Shown here: positions 24,792 to 32,756 of the stretch, in pieces
Layout of the letters: every line of letters begins with the position of its first letter
How positions within the stretch are numbered: position 1 is the first letter of the stretch
DNA from: Paraglomus brasilianum
Lineage: Eukaryota
Assembly (NCBI GenBank): GCA_910592345.1
Contig: CAJVPI010000011.1
Span: 62,001-94,756 of the forward strand
Direction of reading: 5' to 3'
Length of the DNA stretch: 32,756 nucleotides
Program-made: the position numbers and the translations under genes
Notes under the pieces: model-generated
Told to the model about the DNA's origin: nothing
Seen by the model: the letters and a program-made list of their open reading frames with translations, nothing else
Database searches by the model: none

Positions 24792-25429
24792 GGGGTATTG
24801 TGGCGAACGATTAATATTATCAATTTACAGCAGATTTTTATATAAAATATTCCCTTTTAATAAATACATAACTCAGTCTCAAGCTGAATCGTTATACGTG
24901 TGGTTCTAAGCAACAACCATTAGTGAGTTGGTGAAAAACTTTGACAATAATCCGGTGCATTGATGTTAAATATGGAAAAACAGTCGTCATAATCCATCAA
25001 ATATACTAATATGTTGCGATGACGATTTTTTGCATTTGTAAATAATAAAATTTCTTAAAACGACATTAGCATTACTATTAATATTAATATTACAATGATT
25101 GCCTTATAAGCAACGAGGAAAAAAAGTTGCGGCCCAAAAGAGAAGAACGTGCACAAAAAAAGAAAGAAAAGAAGACATAACCATGAGATGCGATAACATT
25201 AATGACATTCTATAATACGGTAAGACAATTTCGCCATAATACCCCCAAAATAGTTCGGCATTTTGTATTTCGTCACATAACAGTCATTTGCATCCCGAAC
25301 AAATGGTTTGTCGTAACAATATTTTATGATAGATTTATCCTAAATTGAGCGTAAATTATGTGTCAAAAATATTGTAAAATTTTACATGTTTATAAAAAGT
25401 TGTCTAGTAATTTGACTTCGCCACAATAC
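24792..25429. mobile_element. Degenerate non-autonomous DNA transposon with repeated terminal/subterminal motif
   Basis: GGGGTATTGTGGCGAA (24792-24807) is inverted at 25230-25245 (15/16) and at 25417-25429 (13/13). Related TCGTCATAAT, TCGTCACATA and TCGTAACAAT motifs lie internally. Confidence 0.5.
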
Positions 25430-25504
25430 TTTATATAACAGAGGTTCAATAAGGAAAGAGAATGTTCTACCTTCGAATAGTACTATTTATATGAGATGGA
25501 GAAG

Positions 25505-25790
25505 GCACGGTCATAGGAAATATACAGTGCCACGGCCGAGCAGAAATATGTGACATCAAAGGCCGCCCGAAAATGGAAGGAATGAATATGATTGAAAGTT
25601 TCATTTTTTTATAGAAAACCGCCAATAAGTTTTACATAATTTGGAAGCCAATTGATTGTATTCCGAATTATGTAACATTTATTGAAAATATCGACTTTCA
25701 ATCATATTCATTCCTTCCATTTTCGGGTGATGTTACATATTTCTACCAGATTGTGACACGTACTGTATTATTTGCTATCGTGGCTGCGCG
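25505..25790. repeat. Foldback (whole-length imperfect palindrome), probably a MITE/foldback element
   Basis: Perfect 34-bp inverted arms at 25566-25599 and 25694-25727. Outer arms AGAAATATGTGACATCA / TGATGTTACATATTTCT; inner arms TTACATAATTTGGAA / TTCCGAATTATGTAA; TA-CAGT (25523) ... ACTG-TA (25767). Confidence 0.8.
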
Positions 25791-25881
25791 CATTATTTTG
25801 GAAACATTATATATACCCACTCTAGTCGGAAATTAACCAAATTATTCCACTTTTTTTGAGAACGCCCAAGCGGATTTATCA

Positions 25882-26239
25882 ATGGTAGATGCATTGTTCG
25901 TCATCAATTTGATAATTGGAATCTTTACTGTGTGGCAGTCCCTTATCAGCATTTACAAATTTTACAGAAGGCGGCCGACCGATACTGGTCGAAGAAATAG
26001 AGAAACAATAACATTGAAGAAATGGGAACGCATTGATAAAAGGACTAACATTGAGCAAAGACGTGCAGATTTCACTGTAAACATACGTAATGTTGATAAT
26101 AGAAATGATTTAAACAATGAAAATGTTCTAATTACTATTGCGTGTGATGGACTTGGTGTAAGTATTGATCACTGCCACTGCTTGTTCATACTATTTACCT
26201 ACTTTGTTAAATTTTGTCCATTTTTAATTACAGTCTTGA
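25882..26239 (+). CDS. Orphan ~93-aa protein with an N-terminal hydrophobic helix (signal anchor), 2 exons
   Basis: ATG at 25882, downstream of a TATATATA box (~25808). MVDALFVINLIIGIFTVWQSLISIYKFY is followed by basic RRR and a charged tail. A strong intron GTAAGT (26158)...TTACAG (26233) gives a final exon TCT TGA. No family recognised. Confidence 0.55.
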
Positions 26240-27640
26240 CGGGAAAACTCAATAATTTCAAGTTTATCAACATGACTTAAAAATGCCAATTTTTGTTACG
26301 GTAAACCCGTACTGAATAAGCAAAACTGTATGCTCGTATATAAGAATTTGTAAGATGTAGATTGTTGCGTATTGTATAATAAAGGCAAACTGTAATAGAA
26401 ACTTTTTATTAGTAATTGTGATTATTCTGCTGACATTAGCATAGAAACTACTCCCGCACGTCAACATTTTTGCTTATACTCTCACCCGTATACCAGTTAT
26501 GGTCTGTTTCTGCTACTGACTCAATCTCGTTCTGGCCATCAAAACTTTTATTGTATATGTGTGTAAGCGAAATCAAGCCAGTTTGTTGATTACAAGAGTA
26601 ACATTGTCATGAAAATAATATCTTGAACTGGTTTGCACTATATCATACTAAAATCGAATGCAATAATAGGCTAGTGATCGGGTTAGGCATATTATATAAT
26701 AAATAATATACAGTAGTTTGAATATACAGTAAGTTGATTATGAGGTGCGCTGACTTTAGTCAACGCAATTATATCTTATGCCGTTGTTCACAACTAATCG
26801 CAAATACAGGGGATGGTCGGAAACTTTTGAAACGGTACTATTACTATATGCCGGCGAAAAAATTTATATAATCTCTGGCATGGTTAAATGACGCGTAAAC
26901 GGTGCAATTATAACATTATGCATTAATATTATCACCCGGTTATTGTATGGTAAATTGTTAGATATACAACGTTTTTTAATTATCATCAACAATGGTAGTT
27001 TCACATTTTACACAGTATTGCAAGGTCTGCTAGTGTTTGATAATAATGGATATTCACACTTAACGTTGCCTATTTCTTGTTTTGCAAAAATGTTAATAGA
27101 TTCTGCTCCAGTTCGATTTATCAGATAAAGATTGACCTTTTCGTCTTTTAAAATTGGCATGTATAAAATAAAGCAAGAGATGAATTCGATGAAAGTGACA
27201 GAAAATGAGAATGAATTCACATCGTAAATAAGCCGTATTGTGTAATTTTCTGTTATAGCATTTTCACATAAATAATAAAACGAACGGTGCACAAGAGTCA
27301 GTCCAGTATAGAGGACCGGCATGATCTTTTAGTTATGTAATATACTGTACATAATATTTATTAATTATATCATAACTAACATAGTTGGTATCGTTTATTT
27401 GATAACGGGTCTCTGGCTAGACCGATCAAAAAATATAGCCAATCTAGCAAACGGATAATCTTACAAATTCTTTCATACATATATGCCTTAATAGCCCCCA
27501 TTAACTTAATTGCGTGGTGCATATTTCTGCCATATAGTTTGGGAACAGTGCTATTTTCTCACACTATTTGCTTGTTCATATTGCTTGTTTTACATCTTGC
27601 TTTTTTCCATAAAAACGACCGCAGTCATGCCGAAACAGTT

Positions 27641-28172
27641 TTAAGAAAGAAGTCGTTGGACAGACATTTGTTTGCGTATCTCATCATCCATAGCTTTTAA
27701 AGAAAGCCAACACTCCATTATTGCTTGAGGAGGACGGCGGAGAACTGCGGACATTCTTCTCCATCGAGGGCCATATTTCTGGTACAACTGCCGAATCATA
27801 TTATACTCAAAAGGAGTAAATGGTCTGTCGATATCTGTTGGAATACAAATTGTGTTAGTAAGTTACGTGCTGAACAACAAGTGCGTAAGACCAAGCCACC
27901 CAAATTCCCAACAAAAACCAAAAATAATGCTGCTTAATAGAAGTACATACATCCCCGAATGTCTTTCAACCTATCAGCACATTGCTTTGCGGTTTTATGA
28001 TTCAAATAGGTTGCTCTCATCCTTCTTCCATTTTCTCCGTTGCCAAGTCTAACAAGGAATTCATCTTCCTGTGTACAGATAAGAGATTAGATGTTGATGA
28101 GTGTATACCAGTGTAGTCGAATACAACTTATTATTGTTAAAAAAATACCTTTGACGACCACGCTCTACTCAT
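27641..28172 (-). CDS. Small two-repeat (R2R3-like) MYB/SANT DNA-binding protein, 3 exons, 111 aa
   Basis: Exons 28172-28149, 28068-27951 and 27834-27641 total 336 nt, ATG to TAA. Introns read GTATTT...CTAAT...ACAG and GTATGT...CTAAC...ACAG. Protein: MSRAWSSKEDEFLVRLGNGENGRRMRATYLNHKTAKQCADRLKDIRGYIDRPFTPFEYNMIRQLYQKYGPRWRRMSAVLRRPPQAIMECWLSLKAMDDEIRKQMSVQRLLS. WSxxEDxxL, KTxKQCxxR, PFTxxE and YGxRWxxMS are MYB repeat signatures. Not present in the ORF track. Confidence 0.85.
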
Positions 28173-28836
28173 ACTTTTAATGATAACAATAAGACTGCAG
28201 TTGCGATCAGTAATGATGGCTTTCTTATATTTTCTGTAAGTTTGGAGGTATTATTGACTACTCTATTAAGTATTTTGGGTTAACCAACAAATAAGAGTCT
28301 TCTCCAAAGGCGTTGTACGTTTGTAAAAAACTAACGACGGAGAAACTTGTTGTAAAACTTATAGGAGTTTTTGCGCTGTGTATTAGTTGTTATACTAGCA
28401 TTTTTCACCATCAGGAATTTGTTCTTTATATAACATCACTTGTGGCTGCGTTATCGTTGCCGAACAATACGTGGTATTATTATTACAATACATACTTATA
28501 TTTGAATTTATGCATCAGGGTCAGTATTATAGTATATTAGTGTTACATCACGCGCCAACAGAGCCATTACCTGGTTTTTACGCTTCCAAACGCCAATTAA
28601 ATTAAATTAAGTTTACTTGTTCAATTAAAAAGTTCATAAACTCAAATATAACTATTTGTTCTATAACAATTACTTGTCACATTTACGCTCTTGTAGTGTT
28701 TCCCGATTTTAGAGAACTGCAAACTATTTTCTCATTTGAATCTGTTGTATGTAAATCCCGTTTGGGGTCCCTAAAAACCGCATTTACATATCCGGATATA
28801 TTTGTTGTATGTAAATGTTCTGGCCCGTATATCGGG

Positions 28837-28955
28837 ACGCAGCCCCGATCAGAACATAACCAGATCGGAACGGGGCTTATGGATTATCTCATATGTTCCC
28901 GTGTTCTGATTTGAGCTGCGTTCTGATTTGAGCTGCGTTCTGATCCGGGCTGCGT
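28837..28955. repeat. 17-bp tandem array (GTTCTGATTTGAGCTGC x2 plus one variant) with inverted partner copies
   Basis: Units at 28903-28919, 28920-28936 and 28937-28953. ACGCAGCCCCGATCAGAAC (28837-28855) is the reverse complement of the last unit region (18/19), and a second degenerate inverted copy follows it. Confidence 0.75.
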
Positions 28956-29947
28956 TGTAAATCCCGGAACACGGAAGATATTGGCGTGCAATATAACGTC
29001 CGATTATCGAGATATAGCTAGAATAACCAATGGTTTAACAAAAAAGCTTACGTAACTGCGGAGGCACTCATATACATAAAAATAATATGTAACATGTGTA
29101 CATTAATCAATTATTCGAACAAACCGCTATAGAAGCCGTCGATGATTTTATACAATCACCGCTTTGCATACGTACGATTTATTGACAAGGAGACACCTAT
29201 TTAGTCAGCTAGATTAGAACGATTCGAGTGAAGAAATTACCGTATATTGCCGTGAATAAGCACTCACTCTTCTTTTGCATATTGATTATCAAAGATTTCT
29301 GATCGACAAAGTGTCAACCATCCCGTCAAAGCAATCATTTAATTTAATAAAACTGTATTTGTTAGAATAACTGTCCATTTACGTCACATTACATAAAATC
29401 CTGATCTGCATTCATCATTTGAATATGTCATAGATCATCTAACTAATTTATGTAGTGGCTGATGTTTTTAATAACCTTTTCGCAAAAGGAGTGGTTAATA
29501 CAACGAACTAATAGAATAGTCAACAACTGTGTGCTGAAATGTTATGATGAAAATACAATAATGACACAAGCTGTTACAATAAGACCCTGTATACACATTT
29601 ATGGTAACAAGGAGGCATTGTGGGTAAATGGAAAAAGCATGAGTATCGTTATTGTATCGTTATGAATCGAATGTAAGCAGACCGTTATCCATCCATCTCC
29701 ATTTATCCCTATTTTTCGATTGTGTTATGTTAACAGTTGTAGTCATATCTTCTTCTTCTTTTGAATCAAAACAGCATAGTCTGCTGTCTCATTATTTATT
29801 ATGTTAATATTAACAAACAAAATGCGAAATCAGATCAACTGGAATTCGTTTATTCGCCCTATAAATGCCTGCGGCGCATCCCCACGTTAAATTGTAATTG
29901 TGTAACGACGGCCAAGAACATCGGAATCTGAGCATAACGATAACATA

Positions 29948-30324
29948 CACTCACCGGAAAAAAGTATCGACAAAATCCGCAGATCAATTAGTAAAACATA
30001 TGAAAAATCTTTTTCTTCAAAGAGCTCTACTGTACGTATTTACTATGTGAATCACAATGATTTAGATACCGTTGTGAAGCTAATTGATTGTATTTTTCGA
30101 AAAAAATAATGATATGTTCAGTTCCGTAATCGTACTAAAACGGCGGTTCGATGAAGTGGCGGTGTCTATGTTACACATATGAAAATCGATTAAAAACATA
30201 TGTGTAACATAGATACTGCCACTTCATCGAACTGCAGCTTTAAGATGCTCTTTGAAGAAAAAGATTTTTCATATGTTTTACTAATTGATCTGCGGATTTT
30301 GTCGATACTTTTTTCCGGTGAGTG
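29948..30324. mobile_element. Non-autonomous Tc1/mariner-type element (377 bp) with perfect 78-bp TIRs and TA target-site duplication
   Basis: 29948-30025 (CACTCACCGGAAAAAAGTATCGAC...CAAAGAGC) is the exact reverse complement of 30247-30324. TA flanks it at 29946-47 and 30325-26. No coding capacity, and it is absent from the paralogous segment at ~21.8 kb. Confidence 0.93.
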
Positions 30325-30404
30325 TACCAAGAAATTATAAGAAACATAGCCACAATTATTAGTCATAATCAGATTATATAATCGCTGACTCCCTGTATCA
30401 CCTC

Positions 30405-30911
30405 TCGGATTAAAATGAAATTTGGTAATTCTATTTAGATAGCCCTCACTAGTTCCTCGTCCTTACCATATTTGGTAATATAAAATTTTCAATTACCAAA
30501 ACAGTCAGGGGCGGTGAAGGGTGATACCATATTAATATATAATAAATCAGTATTTTTTGGGACTACTTGTACGATCAATACATGATACAATCTCAATAAA
30601 AGTTCTATTTACCCCATTAATACCTTATTTGGCAATAGCTAATGCGACCTTAATGTCTCTGAAACCCCCCCAAAAAAACCATTTTAATTACCGCAACAAG
30701 TATCATCCCTTGGGGCGTCTATTTGTGACCGGTTTAGATAAATTCATGTCATACATGAGATTTGATTCGATGTACACATACTGACCAAAAGTATTGGTCA
30801 CACGATGATGATCGAATAAAATTTTGCGTTTTTGATGATGATCGTCATGTGACCAATACTTTTGGTCAGTATGTGTATACTAATTTCCTATTAAAATTCA
30901 TTTTAATCCGA
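30405..30911. mobile_element. Older TIR-bounded insertion hosting the 101-bp MITE
   Basis: TCGGATTAAAATGAA (30405-30419) is inverted at 30897-30911 (18/19 identity if extended). The interval is absent from paralogous copy A. No clear TSD. Confidence 0.5.
30775..30875. mobile_element. 101-bp Tc1-type MITE with perfect 28-bp TIRs and TA TSD
   Basis: CACATACTGACCAAAAGTATTGGTCACA (30775-30802) and its exact reverse complement (30848-30875), flanked by TA at 30773-74 and 30876-77. Confidence 0.92.
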
Positions 30912-31129
30912 TTTCGTTTTAATCTGTCACGATAACAAATATATTTGTCACTTAATTTATAAGAAAGTGGCATAGTATAACGATCCCAACACATCATCAT
31001 ATTTTTACAACCCCTCTAAATAGACGCATATACCTACATTTCATTCAGCCATCTTTTACTTCAATCATTACACTTGCATAATAGGTTGTCATAGAACTTT
31101 TAAAACTGCATTCTTAGTAAGCAATAAAA

Positions 31130-32254
31130 GTTTCCGACGGAACAATCGTTAATAGAAAATTCTGACAATATGCAGTGCAGATTTGAAAGCATCGAATGAG
31201 TATATAAGTTCAAGCTGCCTTGAACTAATGGCTATGTAAAATAATGCATTACTTCAATCACGTGTCCGATTAATCGAAGACTATCACCGAACAAGATCAC
31301 ATATGCTAGTGTACATTTATTAACGTTGGTTAATGGAACTTCGTTCTACAGGTCTTAAGTAAGCAACATTGGCTAATGTATTCAATTCGTATAATCACTA
31401 AACTGGACGGTAAGACCCGGAATGAGCAAGATGGTTGCGGTCAAATAAACAGAAGATTAAGATAGTAATGGCCATATTTTTAAATATAAGCATCCTGCTA
31501 GTGATGGCTGCAGAAGCGTTGCTTTTGATAATGTGAGATACTTCCTCAATATAATGACAGTAGTGAACAATCGAACGTGTCTCTATTCTCGTATTCATCT
31601 GATGATTATCCACTTTCCTTAGCATAACACGCTCACGAAGTTGTTTTGCATTTTCCGTATTCGGGCGTTTTTTCTGCTTAACGGCCAAATTACGATGAAT
31701 TTGTGGAATCTTGGATACAATTTCAAGTGAGTATTCTTTCTTGATATGTTATTATTGATTTGTTTGGGTTATCCACCTCTGCAGGTCATATATGACCAGC
31801 GAGTCCAAGAATACGTTTCACTTGTATATGAAATCCACACTCCAGTCGGGATAAAAGCAAATCGCTGGAATAGCAGTGGAGAAAACGTCCATAAACTTGT
31901 AAGGGTTGATGATACATAAGACATGCGAACGTTTACATATTTTCTGGGTAGATGCCATTCAGAAACAAGCGGCCTTAAAAGAGAAGTTTAATTGCTTACA
32001 GATAATATAAACTCTCATTCTCGGTCGTGATAGATGGATCATTGTTTACTTCTGATGCAAATTTAGGACCAATACTTTGCAAAGCAAATATTTTGTGTTC
32101 AATAGCATAAGATTGTGACTACACTCGCGCCTCCAGACAATATATAGTCTTTTCCATCCCGACTATCGAGCAGAAGATATCGAATGGTCGACATCAAACT
32201 GATGTGTCTATACGTGAATTTATATCCAGAATTCTAATTCTGCCCGCCTGAAGT
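31130..32254 (+). pseudogene. Decayed paralog (copy B) retaining an intron-containing segment missing from copy A
   Basis: Reads QSNVSLFSYSSDDYPLSLA*HAHEVVLHFPYSGVFSA*RPNYDEFVESWIQFQ, then an intron GTGAGT...CTGCAG (31727-31784), then VIYDQRVQEYVSLVYEIHTPVGIKANRW. This frame matches copy A's QSNMSL. Confidence 0.55.
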
Positions 32255-32608
32255 CGATTTTTTGCTATTTACTACAGAATTATTTGATTGGTCGAAAATT
32301 CACTCCCGTGTATTCTGGATCGGGGGTTGGTGAAACTCTGGCGGCTCTTGTATAATAATAACTTAGATTTCGAACACCAACTTGATCACTTGATCATAGT
32401 TCGCGAGCAGACGTCTGGGATAGAAATTGAGTACTAGAGTGATGAATTCGAATAATGATTATATAAACAATCTTTCCCCCAGACGGAAAAAATAATTTGG
32501 TTACTGCTGAAGGTAAAACTGAAGTGGAACTCCTTCCCTGGGGTGGCTTCATCTCTTGTAATAATAAAATATTAATATCTGTTATTTATTATTGGAAATG
32601 TTGTAGTA

Positions 32609-32756
32609 CGTGGGGATGCTGAAAAGTTTTGTCGTTGATTCTTTATTTCTCGAAATTACATAATAATTATTAATAAAACTATTCCATTCCCTCAAAGTAC
32701 TCTCCACTAACATCTATGCAACGTTGCAGACGATTCTGCCAACTCTGGAAAGACTT
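32609..32756 (-). mobile_element. 3' end of a mariner (DD34D-type) transposon: transposase C-terminus plus terminal inverted repeat, truncated by the window edge
   Basis: Minus strand 32756-32679 reads KSFQSWQNRLQRCIDVSGEYFEGME*, matching the typical mariner C-terminus (WxxRxxxCIxxxGxYFE). After a short AT-rich spacer comes a terminus that reads TA|CGTGGGGATGCTGAAAAGTTTTG on the + strand, with TA at 32607-32608. Confidence 0.85.

Larger units (their letters stand above)
29829..32254 (+). repeat. Segmental duplication, copy B (interrupted by TIR elements, with a micro-inversion)
   Basis: Same blocks as 21648-22965 in the same order and orientation, with many substitutions and indels. Confidence 0.9.

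Noticed and set aside
28837..28955. CRISPR-like array
   Set aside because: Units are contiguous with no spacers, there are no cas genes, and the context is eukaryotic.
1..32756. Alternative genetic code (TAA/TAG = Gln) or Sec readthrough to explain the in-frame stops
   Set aside because: Intact genes have no in-frame stops and use CAA/CAG for Gln; the MYB ends in TAA; the relics also contain TGA stops and frameshifts; no SECIS recognised.

Overview
AT-rich, intron-containing eukaryotic DNA. The Zn2Cys6 gene marks it as fungal; an early-diverging (Mucoromycota-like) host is my inference from low gene density and 68-229 nt introns. I can splice four apparently intact genes by hand: an isoaspartyl peptidase/L-asparaginase (6139-7857, +, 7 exons, 388 aa), a Zn(II)2Cys6 transcription factor with a polyQ tract (13025-14967, -, 3 exons, 529 aa), a 93-aa single-helix orphan membrane microprotein (25882-26239, +), and a 111-aa two-repeat mini-MYB ending in a repression-motif-like MSVQRLLS (27641-28172, -) that the ORF track misses. 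The remainder is long non-coding DNA, several decayed gene relics (including a duplicated pseudogene whose two copies keep complementary parts), and a cluster of Tc1/mariner-type MITEs and foldback elements at 24-31 kb. The window ends inside a mariner transposase. No rRNA, tRNA or CRISPR was found. The best leads are the mini-MYB, the CCGAA cluster 3' of the Zn2Cys6 gene, the hairpin-bearing long-TIR element, and a possible viral-type origin-binding helicase relic. I cannot claim a clear-cut novel multi-gene system.
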